Source of the DNA: the human T2T-CHM13v2.0 reference genome, Homo sapiens
DNA: 64,000 bases
Reading direction: 5' to 3' (one strand)
NCBI RefSeq assembly: GCF_009914755.1
Contig: NC_060933.1
Part shown: one piece after another, positions 12,429-26,360 of the stretch
How positions within the stretch are numbered: position 1 is the stretch's first letter
Layout of the letters: each line of letters begins with the position of its first letter
Program-made: the position numbers and the translations under genes
Notes under the pieces: generated by a model
What the model was told of the DNA's origin: nothing
Database searches by the model: none
The model's input: only the letters and a program-made list of their open reading frames with translations

Positions 12429-15216
12429 CCACGCTACCAGCTACACTGTGATGCCAGCGCCCACAAACAGAAGCCCTGAGTGCCTCAATGATTGTAGAGT
12501 AGCAGCCGAATGGAGAATTTTTACATCTTTCACGTATTTTTAAATAACTAAAGATAATTTTCCCTAGGAATTGTGGAAAGGATTATTTTTCCATTTCAAA
12601 CAATTATCACAGAGGAAGAGCAACAATATAGAAAATTTATGTGCTGCAACCTCCTCTACTCCAAAAAAACACACAAAAAACAAAAAAACACCCCAAAATG
12701 ATGCAGATTTAGGAGCCAAAGATATAACTTTGAGGAAAATATATAATATTGTAAGATATGATTAAAACAGGTTCTAAAAACAAAGCTATTTAGAACAAAA
12801 ATGTGAACCAAATAGTGCTTTAATGAGAAGCTCTTCAGAATCAGGCAAGGAGGAAACAATTTTTGCAAGGATCTAAAGTTTCCATTTAGCCAGGCGTTCC
12901 ACTCTGCATGTTCCAACAGGAGAAAAGGGTCGGCAGGAATGAAAGCAAACTTTTCAAGTCCATTAGAAACAAACAAACAAAATTCCTAAAGGAGCCCTGA
13001 GAAAGCCAGGATTGGGTATTTTAGAAGATTATATGGATGAAAAGTATTTGTTGTTGGAACTACTCTCTTAGGAAAGAGGACGGAGAGGGGAAAACAAAGA
13101 CCCTGCAGTCTCTCCGGGGGTTGGACCAGAGCTGATCTGATCCTGCAGGGGAATGTGCTTCTAACGGCTGGGCTGGACCTCGCTCTGCTTCCTGGCAAGG
13201 CCAGGTGAGGCATCTTGAAAGAAGCCTGCTGCCTTCCCCTGATGTGCTGTAGGAGGATTCCACCGGAGAAAGCATCTCACTGTCACACTGCTGGTAACAG
13301 TGAGGTGAAAGAGGGGAAACACTTTTATTCACTACTTCCTTTCTACCTGCATTGGATGCTAACGTTTCCCGGAAGGTGCTGGAATTATGTCCAGCCTTCC
13401 CGTCATTAGCTTGGAAGCAGAATATTCCTGTGTCAAGGGGCTAAGACATAAGAAAGGAAGGAAAGTTGAGGACTATAAAAAATGCCATCTGAGGCCCAGC
13501 TGCTGGCTCAGTTCCACAATGGAGCAAAGCCCTCCGCATGTGACGAGTGTGACTCTCGCTCTCACATGGGCCTCTGCGTGCCTCACTCGGGAATCCTCCA
13601 TTCAAAGCTCATGCTAAGAGCCAGCTGCTTGTTGGAGGCCAGCCTATCACTGTCTCAGGAACCGAGGTGAGGGCGGCAAAGGGCCTGTTTGCAAGGACCC
13701 CCCACTCCCTGCCCCACGGAAGAAACGAGAAAGGACCTTCCAGCTCGCAAACTGCACTTAGGGAGGAAAGAGATAATGCAAAGCATCTAAAAGGAGCATC
13801 TGAGGAGGTATTTCCAATCACTGTGGGAGACCAAGAAAACCACCTCCACTAGCCTGGAAGAATTTCAGAAGGAAAACCCCTTCAATGGGATTAGTCAAAG
13901 GACTACCAGAAAACAAACCATATTTCATGGGTCCTTACAGCCACACCCAGGCACTTCCCATTTTCTCCTCTAGGAAATGGTTATAGACATTCAATGTCAA
14001 TTAAGAGCCACCCCTCAATAGACAAAAAATACCCCCAGCCATTACCATGTGACTTCATCAGTTCTTACCCAGGGTTTGCAAGTGACCTCCAAGCAGAGCC
14101 TGGCTCTGGGAAGCAACACTCCTAGCAGCAATACACTCTGGGTGTGAGGGTCCAGGGGACGCTATCCTGGACTCTCCCAAAGAGGCTTAGCGCCTGAGGG
14201 TGCAGGGTGATCAGTCGCCTCTTCCCACTGTTCCCCTCTCGTCCATGCTCTAGGACATATACCCTCTGCCCATGACTGCCCGAGTCGCCGCCCTCCCCTC
14301 CCCGGGATACACCAGGCCCAGTGGCCTCAGTTCCTTTGCTCTTGTTCTCCTGCCCCCACTGCCAATCCAACTGCTGCTTTCCCTCAGGTCGGGCTCCAGG
14401 AACTACTCAGTCAAGAGGCTTCATCAGATCAACTCCAACACCCCTGTAACTCTCCCTTCTTCAAACTCCAACACAGCTTCCTCCCTGTACCGTAAAATAA
14501 GTGCTTTATCGTAGAACAGAGGGAGCTGATTTGTTTCAACTAGGCTTTAACTATTCCAAGGCAGAGACTACCACATGAGACTAGGTCCACAAAAACATGT
14601 TCTAAGAGGGAATCCATACATCTCGCTGTGGCATGACGTCAGCACATGCGCTCCTAGGAGCCCAGCACCGAACACTTCTAAGAGCCGGAGCTGGACTGAC
14701 TCTGGGAAAGACAGTGAAGACAAGCATGCCCTGCCTCCTTCCCGTCACCAACCAGCGCCAGCGAGCTTCTGGCCAAAAGACCACAGTCTCCACGCGTCAG
14801 CTGAAACTCCAGGGAGGAAGCCCCAGGGCAGAGAGTTTCTTGTAAATAAAGACACTATTTGCTTTATCCCCCAGAAGAAGAAAACTATGAACTTCATTGC
14901 CAAGTTCTGAAAGCAGTTCATAAAAGCTTAGCCTCATGGGGCTAAATGAACACTAAGTCATCTTGCGGAATTGCGACAGAGAAGCATTTATCCTGAACAG
15001 GTACCATGGAAGAAAAACAAAACATGTGCCAGCCTCTTAAGAAAAAGCTCCTGCTAGGCTTTCATTTCAGATTACATTTGGTAGTGCTTTTCTTTTTACA
15101 TTTAACAATAAATACAGGACAAGCTGCTAGCTAACCTTTAAGAGGAAAATGTACTCCAGCAATAAAAGTATTACCCAACAAAAGCTTCTTGGGGCAAAGG
15201 CCGGCTCCATGTCCCC

Positions 15217-15700
15217 TGCAGCGAGTGCTTGTAATTTTATGTTGCCTCGGCATCTGTTTTAAAATATGTTTAGCTTTCTCATACCAGAAGCAGGGCTCAC
15301 GAACCCTTGACAAGGTTCCTAATACTACACCCTACCCGACTGGCTCTAGCTGGTGGCCAGAGACAGAAACTTACAGGCATCTTTGCCCGCCAGCAGGCTA
15401 GCTCCTGGCTTACCTACTGATCCTTTAAACAGACCATTTGCCTGAGAACTTAAAGCAACCACCTCTTAGTCAAAGGCTGCGCCTCCTGAACACGTGCCTG
15501 CTTGCTTTAAACCCACCAATTAAAGCTCCCTGCAGGAGGCCTGTTTGGATAAGGCCCGCCCTGGACCCAATAACCCCAAAAGCGGCGCTGGTCCATAGGG
15601 TCCCTTCTCTCTCTCCCAGCTTGTGCTTCTTCGCCTCCCTGTGCAGCCTCCAGGCTGCTGTGTAACCCCCAAGGTCTAAGGTACTAAAAAACTCTTAGCT
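15217..15700 (+). mobile_element. Solitary ERVL-class LTR (MER54/MER73-like)
   Basis: TAATTTTATGTTGCCTCGGCATC...CTTTCTCATACCAGAAGCAGGGCTCA resembles recalled MER54 consensus; 3' boundary approximate. Confidence 0.6.
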
Positions 15701-16189
15701 TGTGAGCCTGCAATCCAGCCCCTGGCAGTGAAGTCTGTGAAGAGACTCATGCAGATGGAGGCCCTGCTGGTGCTCTTCAGTCTGGGCCTCTGGCGATGAG
15801 TGGAAACAGTAGCTTCCACCTGACAGATAATGAAACTCAAAAAGTTTCATTCAAAACAGGCTCCTCCCACCCGCAGTGAATCCAGGCTCCATGTCCGGGA
15901 GGCGTCCTGGCTTGACGCAGTTAAGTTCTGCAATGACCACAAACTTACACTGTGGCCACATCCCTAGGGATGGCAGAGATGTGTCCCGGGCTTCAGGAGT
16001 AATAGTGACCTCAACTCTGAGATGGCATCACAGGATAGTTGTGGGGGGAGTGGTCAGGGGAAGGATGAGGGGTGATGGAGTCCTTTTCCTGACTGTTCCT
16101 AGGAACCTTGAGTTTCCAGTGCCACCAAACCAAGATGCTTCTAAGGCTTCCATTGTTCTGACACAGCCAAAGACTTCAGAGCCACTCAC

Positions 16190-16368
16190 CTGTGCTGAAT
16201 TCGAGGATCGTTCTGCACCAGGGGTAAGATGGCCTCCAGCACCTTGCTGGCTGACCCTGGAAGCATCTCCAGTACCTTCTTATCAATTGCCATTTTGTCC
16301 ACAATGGTCTTAAAGTAGCGCAGGGCACTGACAACTTCCTTCTCTTTCTCCTCCAGCCAGCTCAGGTT
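16190..16368 (-). CDS. RAPGEF1: RAPGEF1 exon 4, 179 bp, NLSWLEEKEKEVVSALRYF...PLVQNDPRIQH(S)
   Basis: tttcag|AAC acceptor, AG|gtgagt donor; overlaps ORF 16186..16389. Confidence 0.96.
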
Positions 16369-17633
16369 CTGAAAGGAGACGTTAGGCATAAGGAGGAGGA
16401 GAGAGATTAAAGGGAGCTATTTTGAAAAAATAAAGGAACATTTTCTTTAAACCAGCTTGAGATCGATAGGAATGGAAAGGCTCTTGCTACAGAAACCAAG
16501 CCAGATCATTTTTCTAAGGATTGTAATCAGGAGACAGAGGGTAGAGCTGAAGGAAGAAGGGGGCTTGGACCAAGATAGCTCATTCAGAAATTTCTGAATT
16601 CCCTTTCCAGACCCTGAGGTCTTGAAAACCACTTATCCTCCTGTCTGTCCTCATCAGCCACACTGACAGACCACCACTAACCCTGTTAACTAGAGTGAGG
16701 ACTAATTTGCTGATGACTTGGAGAAGCACCAGTCAAGGCCCATGGTACATCTGTATCCTGTAAATCACATCAAGAAGCTCCAGGCTTTTGTTTCAAAGAT
16801 CTGAAAGACTGTGTAAGACTGGTCCAGGGCATGAGGGGCTGAAACCCATTCCCTCAGGACTCCTCACTAGGTTCCCAGATTGTTCACCCCACTGAAGCCC
16901 CCACTCAAGGAAATGATATGCTATTCCTCAAGGGCCTGGAAGCTCCCAGGGCTAGAAGGGGCAGGAAATCTGGGGAGAAAAGGCAGAGAAGCCAGAGCAG
17001 ATGACCGTGATTCTCAAGATTCAATCACGACTCATGCAGTGGGCGCTAGCAGCATTCATGGTCCCTCTGCTCCTGAGAGAAGCCCACCTGAGAGAAAGGG
17101 AAAATACAGAGCCCTGCGCTTTCCAGTGTTTAAGCCACAACCCCAAGCTTTTCTCCCTGACCGTGGGAGGCCTTGGATCCAGTTGGTGGGTCTACACACC
17201 CCTTTTGTTCTTCTCTCCAACTTCCCCTCTACTTGCCCTGATGTCAATGATCCAGGTCTCAGCTGGCTGGCAGGAAAAGGAGGCTAAGAGTAATCTACAG
17301 AAGTGGAGTCTCTGAACCTGTTCTGGTTTGGGAGGCTGTCCTTTAAAAAAAAAAAAAAAAAGAGTAGTCTACAGAATGGATAAATCCCAAAATGGACAGT
17401 GTACTCAAGTAGTCGATTACATGTCTAGTGCAAATTAAGAGGGGTGTGTATGAGGCAAACAGCCACCTGCAGGATCTCAGAGGTCTAGAGGATATAAATA
17501 AAAACTGAGGGCAAGAAGATAATTTCTAGAAAAAGGTGATTTAAACAATATACAGACAAACAAATGGTAGAAATTAATAAAAAGTGCTTATGATTCTGAA
17601 TACTAGCTCTTTTCTTCTAAAATAGTGCCGATT

Positions 17634-17773
17634 GGCCAGGTGAAGTGGCTCACACCTATAATCCCAGCACTTTGGGAGGCCAAGGTGGGCAGATCACTTC
17701 AGCCCAGGAGTCAGGACCAGCCTGGGCAACATAGTGACACACCGTCTCAATTAAAAAAATAAAGTTTAAAAAA
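17634..17773 (+). mobile_element. Alu monomer (FLAM-like)
   Basis: Single left arm ending in A-rich tail. Confidence 0.85.
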
Positions 17774-20700
17774 AGGTGCAGAATATCATTTTAAATATAA
17801 AAATGTTCAATAGTAGAGGCTTTTATTTCATGGGAATGTCAAAAGAAAAATATATAAATGGCTACTTTAGTCAGACAATGCACAAAAGACCCAGTCATTT
17901 CTTTCATTGAGTCTTTCCCACAAGGTGTCCTGCAGACTAGAAGACACAATTCTCCCATGGTGGGGGAAGTGCCCTTCCTCATCCCCATCCCTGGGTCCTG
18001 CACCCTGGCTTTATTTTTCTCTTTTCACTACCTGACAGATTTGTTTACGGTCTGTTTCCAAGAGGCTGGGCGCTTACTTTTCCACCTCGTGGACAAGAGC
18101 TCTCTGCTTCATGTCATCTGCCCGGGGCAGGGAGGAACCTGAGTGTGAAGGAGTCGCAGTGCCGACAGACCTCAGATGTGCCTAAAGCCATGGTCAACCA
18201 GGCAAGAAGAGGACTATGACAGTAACACTGCCACCTTAGCACATCAGAAAGTGTTAGAGACCAGCAATGATGAAACTTGCTGAGGAACAGGAAACATTTT
18301 AAGAAAATGTGTCATCAGGTCACACAGGGAGAAAGTGGCTAATCTGAAGATGGGAGGCACTCGAAAGTGGCAAGGCACTTCAGAGCAGAGAGTTTTTCTG
18401 TCATTGCAGAGAGATCAAATCAGCTGTTTAAGAGTCAGGCTGTCCTGGGCTCCTCCTAAAGGAGCCAACAATGTAGCACAGCCAGGCTGCCTCCGTGAAC
18501 TCAGATTCTACTCCCAGAATTAATGGCCTCTGGGTGTTGTGCATTCTCCAGCCTTTCAGCTGTCAAGCTGGGGATCCTTGTGAATGCAGCCAGCAGTGAG
18601 AGTTCACAGCCACACAGCCACATCCAGCACTGGCTCGGACTGGGGACTCCATGCCTTGGCTTTGCTGAAGCTGCCTCGCTGCATAACCCGAGGGCAGGTG
18701 CGTTCACCTGCGCACCCCTCCTGCTGTGGGGGATGGATTGCCATCATTGGTCCACATAAGCCTGGAAACTAAATGAGGCTGTCCGTGTCTGGGGATGGCT
18801 TAGAGACAAAGCCAACTGCTGGGCTTTGGGCTTGTCACCCACAAAATGGGGAGAATAACATCTGCCCCGTGTAACTAAAGAGGTGACTGTGGGGGACTGA
18901 ATGAGAAAGCATATGAAGTGGTTCACAACATTTAACAGGCACTATACCAACACCAGAGACCATATACCTGCCAGTAATAAAGCAGAGAAAGAGGGCCTAG
19001 GATGGGAACATCTGAAAGGGAAGAAAGAGGCCAGATCGTAGCTACCACTCATCGGGGACATGGAGGCACCCACTGTGCTATGGATTTTATATAGGCTATT
19101 TTGTTTAAAGGTTACAACCACCCTGTGAAGTGGATACTATTATTTCACAGGTGGGGAAACTGAGGCTTAGTGGGACGTGGGGGAGGTTAAGCAACTTGCC
19201 TAAGGCCACACAGCTGTAGTGACAGATATGGAATTTGAACTTGGTCTGTCTGAGTTCAGAGCCTGGAGAGATAGAGAGGAGAATAAAGACCAGATCAGAA
19301 ATGTGCTGAAGTTAAAAAGTTTACTTGAGATCCCCTGGTCAAAAAGATCTCATTTAACAAACGAGTAAACTAAGACCCCGATGGCAGAGATGGACATAAA
19401 ATCCCCATCGCCTTTCCTGCCCCGTGGGCCATATTCATTTCTGACGCCCAGGCTGTGGCTCCACAGCCATGTGCTGCCACAGGAGATGGCGGGGAAGAGG
19501 GTGAGGAAAACTGGCCCTCCTCTCCAGACAGTTCTCTCCCCACAGCCGTGCCGCAGCCGGGACACCCGACTTGCTCTGTCACTCCTTGTCCCATCTGCAG
19601 CCTGGGTGCCTCCCCTCTCCACAGCAACATAAGCCTCATTTCCACACTATAGGACAGTGTACCCTGAAAATGTGGGTAAAGCCAGGGAGTGAGGGGGAGG
19701 GCAAGTCACAATCAGTATAATAAAAAACTAGAATTGCAGGATTAAAAAAAAAATGGCAATGCAACATTATTCCTATTAGTCCAGAACAGTGAGGCCTAGC
19801 AAGAAGACATGTCGAACACAGACATTGGTTACAATGAGAGCACCAAATCACCACCTGCCACCAGGCTGTCCGGCAGCAGCATCTCCCTGGAAGAGCTGAA
19901 GGGGAAAGGCTTTCAGGAATCCACCCAAGAGCACTCGGATCCAATCTCTGTCCAAATGCCCTCAGAGATGGGGCATTAACACCTCCCAGGACCCCCTGCT
20001 CACTGCTCATTGTAATTATACCTTTGGACACCCAGTATATGGCTAAATTTCCTCTACAACTTCAACACTCTGCAGCTCACTGCTAGACTTGTTAAAAGGT
20101 TGCAAAAAAGTTTAGAAGTTCATCACAATGTACTTTGAATTTTTAAATTCACTAAGAAGATGCAAGAGACTGCTAATGTGGAATCAGTCTGGGAAGACAA
20201 CAGAATATAGTGAGAAAAACAGATTTTGATCAAGAAAATGTGCACCAGGGCCAACACTGTCTGCACAGTGGGAATAATAAAAGCTTCCCCACACAATTAT
20301 GGTGAGGAGTAAATAAGACAGCATGTCTGAAACCACCCAGGACAGGGCTGGGGCGAGAAGGAGCCCTCGGGAAGTGGCAGCGAATCTGAATCTGTACTTT
20401 CATCTCCCTGCACTTCCATTTCCCTCGTATCTGAGCAGGGAAAGCCATGCATATGACCTGAAGTAAAATAAGAATGTACGTAATCACTCCCTAAGTGGTA
20501 AGAGAGCTAATGAATAATCAACGAGGGCAGCAGATGACAGACCCACTGCAAGGTTTCTTGGACATAATCCTCTAAGTCCACGTACTCTGGGAAGTTTCTC
20601 AATGCTTCTGGTTCTGTCCATGGGCCTCCACGAAGCAAGAGGTTCGCATTTACTTGTCCCACGCAGGTGGCTTGGGACAGAACACAGTCATCCAACCCTT

Positions 20701-20777
20701 CCTAATGAGCAATGATGAAAAAGGGGTAACATTCCTTCTTGGGTGAAGATCACACCTACAGCTCCCTGCTACAGAAC

Positions 20778-20999
20778 AGGTTTCTCAGCCTTGGCACTAC
20801 TGACATTTTGGGGCAGAGAATTCTTTGTTGTGTGGGGGGCTGTCCTGTGTATTGTAGGATGTTTAGCAGCTTCCCAACCCCTACCCACTAGAAGCCAATA
20901 ACATCTGCTTTGCCTTCCTATGGCAACAACCAAAAATGTCTCCAGACATTGCCAAATGGCCCCTGGGGTTTACAGGCACCCCACTAAATGAGCGGTACT
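20778..20999. mobile_element. MER20 (hAT-Charlie) DNA transposon
   Basis: ttctcagccttggcactactgacattttgggg...aaaaatgtctccagacattgccaaatg, typical MER20. Confidence 0.85.
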
Positions 21000-21058
21000 T
21001 TAGCACTGAATTTTTCTCTGTGACCTCTCTTGGAAAAATGAATAAAGGGGAAAATCCC

Positions 21059-21385
<327 letters not shown>

Positions 21386-21981
21386 GGGGGAAATCCCAGG
21401 AATTGAGTGGCCGAACAGTTTCATATCAGAATTCACTAGCAGGATAACGTTGTTAGTAAGTGAATCATTTTACTCTGACTGCCTGGACTAGTGTTGGATG
21501 ACAATTACACTCTACTTGTAGTTAATACTACATTCGGCTACAAGAGGTTACTAAACAGATTGCAATAAAAAATAACTGTGGCACAGACCAAATCTACTGT
21601 ATTACTCTTCTTCAATCTGGAATTTAGATCAATCTGGCAAACACTGACTGTTTCCCTCTTGCTTGTCAGTCACCTTTCGTTAAAAGAGGGGGCAGGAAAA
21701 ACCACTTTTCAACAAAAGACTTTTAGATTTAAAACCTTTATTTTCCTCCACTTTTAACTAAAATTTTAAGATATTCTGCTGGTCAACATAAAACCCAAAA
21801 ATAGATGAACTGCAAAATTCAAGAATTATGTATTTAAATAACAGGCTAGTGTTTACCAGCGGCATTAAATGGATGGCTGTGACAGTAGTTCTGCTACATA
21901 GAAATTATACTTTGGATAATCACTAAAGGATTAAGAATATCTGTCTACAAGGTTTATTTTATTTTACATTGCTAAGTTTAG

Positions 21982-22323
<342 letters not shown>

Positions 22324-23081
22324 TAATGAGTCAGGATTAATATTTAAATTCACGAGATATTAAAAATTCTGTCTTTCATAAAGAGGAAACGTAGCATCTC
22401 GACAATTCAGACTCTGACGTCAGACAGCCTGCATTCAAATCTTGACTTTGCCACCTTTTTGCTGTGCGACTTTGGCTAAATGCTTAATATTTCTATAGAT
22501 CCAGTTTCCTTTTTGGCAAAATAACTTTTCACACATCAGGGTTGCTATGAAGACAAGTAAGAGGACACATGTAAAGCACTCAGCACTGGACCAAGAAAAG
22601 GCTCCATAAATGTTAGGGACACAGGTGTCTGGGGCTCTGAGAGCACTTGGTTATGCGGCGGTCTCACTGCACTCCACCAGCCTTGTGAGATGGGTAAGAA
22701 AGCACTCGGAGGCTTCAGAAGCCTTTTCCCTTCTAAACTATTCAGATCATCTTAGCAATTCAAGGAACAGCTGGTCTTGAGAGATGAGACTCGCCCACAT
22801 CCCCTGGAACCCGTTGGACCCAAGCAGCACACCCAAACCAACCCCAGAAAGAATCCCTAAGCTTTTGCCACAAAGCTCTCTCCAAAGATCATGGGACCTT
22901 GCATAAACTCTCACTTTTATCCAAGGTCCCCTGGACTCTTTCCTGAACAATTCAGCCCACGGTCACCACCCAGTTGAACATAATAATAGTGCAATAGAGT
23001 TTTTTCCATCCCCAAAACCATGGACCAGGATTCTGCAGTAGAAGGCAAGGCAAACCCAATTGTTCTTAATGTTACACTGAC

Positions 23082-23195
23082 CTTCTGCCTTTGAGACCTG
23101 GAAGCCACAGCACTGGTGGACATAAATTCTACTGCCTGCTGCTCCAGATCCAAGGGGAGAGGGTAGCCCTCTGGTAGAAATCTGTCTGTTGCCTC
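23082..23195 (-). CDS. RAPGEF1: RAPGEF1 exon 3, 114 bp, EATDRFLPEGYPLPLDLEQQAVEFMSTSAVASRSQRQK
   Basis: tcttccag|GAG acceptor, AAG|gtcagt donor; symmetric phase 0-0; matches C3G. Confidence 0.95.
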
Positions 23196-23762
23196 CTGGA
23201 AGAGAGGAAACCTGGATTCCTACAGAGTTTGAAATGGCTGTTTGAGGCCGAAGGGAGGGGTTGATGAAAGTCAATAGCTGTTTCAACATATCTGGCTTGA
23301 CTGGCCCTGCTGAGGCCACTAACTCTTGAGGACATCTTTGGCTGTGTCTCAAGGGGTTTGCATGTTTCAGAGCACAGGCCCTAAAGCCAAATGATGGATG
23401 TTCTGGACATCACAGAGTTCCCTGTGTTTGAGTGTGCGCCAAGGCAACGTAGGGAACTGCAGGGCAGGGAGGCAGCAGCCTGGGGTGTGGACATGATGTG
23501 CTGAGCTGTTTTAAATGCCCAGAGGATGACACAGCTGGAAAAGGAGAACTGTCTTAGCCAACTGAGCTTGGCTAACGTGGCAAACACTCACCATCCTAAT
23601 GGTTCTTATTTTACAAGGACACCAAAGGTCCCGCCCATGGAATGCTACGAAGTAGGTATGATGCACTGAAAGCTCAATCCCCAGGGAGGGAACATACAAA
23701 TCGCACAAACTCATATTGCTGGAAGCAGGTGAGGCCAGGAGAAACATCCAGAGTCAGCTTAC

Positions 23763-23902
23763 TTTGTTCACAGGCTTCTCTGGAATCTTTACGGACACCT
23801 CAGCTGGTTTTCCCTTCTTTGATGGCGTTCTCTTGATTTTGGGTGAGTGGAATTTGTCCATCAGCTTCATGGTGAAGGAAGAGAGATGAGAACGCTGAGA
23901 GT
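23763..23902 (-). CDS. RAPGEF1: RAPGEF1 coding exon 2 (numbering assumes one upstream first exon), 140 bp, (D)SQRSHLSSFTMKLMDKFHSPKIKRTPSKKGKPAEVSVKIPEKPVNK
   Basis: ttttcag|AC acceptor, AAA|gtaag donor; phase 1 to phase 0; translation matches C3G N-terminus. Confidence 0.96.
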
Positions 23903-24690
23903 CTGAAAACAAAGAGGGTACTGACTGTTAGATGGGAGTGGGAAGAAGCGATGGTTCATTGACCTTTTGTGGAAATGAGCAATGTCCCCAAACCCATCTT
24001 TTTTCTTGGCTGTTGAGAGTTTCAAGGGAAAGGACGTATGGATCCATTACAAAACATTTCTGCTTACATGCTTCAATTTTTGCAATTTTCATCAAGGAAT
24101 TGTGGAAATCAAAGGCAGTCCAAATAAATATGGAAAAAGAACTTGCAAATATTCCCAAGTGTCCTTACAGAGTTTGTGTGATGATCTAACTAACATCCAA
24201 GGGAACTGGCTGAGAAGAAAGAACACCCAGTCAAATCACAGATGTGTAGGATGTGAGAACTGGAAAGGAAGGCCCTTTCGCATCAACCTCTTCATTCTTT
24301 AAGAAACTGCAACAAGTGACATGTGCAAGGCTCTGGAGTTGGCAGCGGTGACTGAATCAGAAGTAAGGTGTTCAAAATCCTCTGGGCCCTGGTGAAAGAC
24401 TGAAAGACTTGCCCCAAAGATCAGGAATTAAGACTAGGACATCTGTTCTCACCACTCCTATCTGACATTGAACTGGATCAGACCTAAATGTAAGAGTTAC
24501 AACTGTAAACCTCTCAGAAAAAAACAGTTTTTGTGACCTTGAATTTGACCATGTTTTCTTAGATACAAAACCAAAAGCACAAGTAACAAAATAAAAAAAT
24601 AGAAAATTGGACTTCATCAAAACTAACAACTTTTGCACTACAAATACTACTACTAAGAAAGTGAACAAACCCACAGGATGAAAGAAAATA

Positions 24691-26037
24691 CAGTCATGTG
24701 TTGCTCAAGGACAGGAATAAGTTCTGAGTAATGCATCATTAGGCAACTTCGTTGTGCAAATGTCATAGAGTATACTCAAATGAACCTAGATGGGATAGCC
24801 TACTACACACCTAGGCTATATGGAATAGCTCATTGCTCTGAGGCTACACACCTGTACAGTACGGTACTGTACTGAGTACTGCAGGCAACTGTAATACAAT
24901 GGTATTTGTGTATCCAACCATATCTAAATGTAGAAAAGTACGGTAAATGGTATAAAAGATTAAAAATTCCACCTGTGAAAGGCACTATCACGAATGGAGG
25001 CTGCAGGCCTAGAAGTTGCTCTGAGTAAATCAGGGAGTAAATGTGAAGGTCTAGGACACTCCTGTACACCAGGGTAAACTTTATAACCATGGCACATTTA
25101 ACCTTCACTAAATTTATTTTTAAAATATTCTTTCTTCAGTAAGTTAACCTTAGCTTACTGTAACTTTTTTACTTTATAAACTTTTAATTTAAAAAAAAAC
25201 ATTTTTATTCTTTTGTTTTTTTGAGACAGGGTCTCACTCTTTTGCTAAGACTAGAGTGCAGTGGTGTGATCACAGCTCACCACAGCCTGGAATTCCTGGG
25301 CTCAGACATCTTCCTGCCTCAGCCTCTCGAGTGGCTAGGACTATAGGCAAGTGCTACAATGTCTGGCTCAGTTTTAAACTTTTTGTAGCGATGAGGTCTC
25401 ACTATGTTGCCCAGGTGGGCAAAAATATTTTCTTTCTTTATATCCTTATTCTTTAAGCTTTTTTCTATTTAAAAAATTATTATTTTTTTTTCACTTTTAA
25501 AACTTTTCATTAAAGACAAAGACAGACACACATTAATCAGCCTAGGTCTACGGGGGCAGGATCATCAGTATCACCATCTTCCACCTCCCCATCTTGTCCC
25601 ACTGGAAGGTCTTCAGAGTAATAAAATGCAAGAAGCTGTCATCTCCTATGATAACAATGCCTTCTTTTATAACACCTCCTGAAGGATCTGCCTGAGGCTG
25701 TTTTACAGTTAACTTTTTTGTTTTTAGTAAGCAGAAGCATACTCTCAAATAATGATAAAAAGTAGAGTAAATCCATAAACCAGTAACATAGTCATTTATT
25801 ATCAAGTACTACGTACTGTACATAACCATATGTGCTATATATTTACACCAGCATCACCACAAACAGGTGAGTAATGCATTGCGCTGGATGTAATGATGGC
25901 TACATCAGGCGAGGCGACAGGAATTTTTCAGCTTTATGATTATCTTATGGGACCATAAGATTATAATGTGGTCTGCCCTACATATGTTATAATGTGGTCT
26001 GTCACTAACTGAAATGTCGTTATGCAGAGCATGACTC
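24691..26037. mobile_element. Tigger3b/MER7-type DNA transposon containing an antisense Alu fragment (about 25210-25418)
   Basis: TA|CAGTCATG...CATGACTC|TA terminal inverted repeats and TA TSD. Confidence 0.85.
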
Positions 26038-26054
26038 TATTTAAAAATCATATG

Positions 26055-26360
26055 CAGCCATCCCTTAGCATCCTCAGGGGCTTGGTTCCAGGATCCTCTG
26101 CGGGGATCAAAATCCACGATGCTCAAGTCCCTTATATAAAACAGTGGAATATTTGTGTATGACACACATCCTCCACATGCTTCAAATCATCTATAGGTTA
26201 CTTACGATACCAAATACAATGTAAATGTTATGTAAATAGTTATACTTTATTTTAAAATCTGCATTATTACACTGTTATTTTTATTGTTTTTCCCTGTATA
26301 TTTCTGACCATGACTGAATCAGCAGAGGCTGCAGAACCCACGGATATGGAGGGTCAGCTA
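26055..26360. mobile_element. MER2 (TcMar-Tigger) DNA transposon
   Basis: CAGCCATCCC...GATGCTCAAGTCCCTTATATAAAA...GGATATGGAGGGTCAGCTA|TA. Confidence 0.82.
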
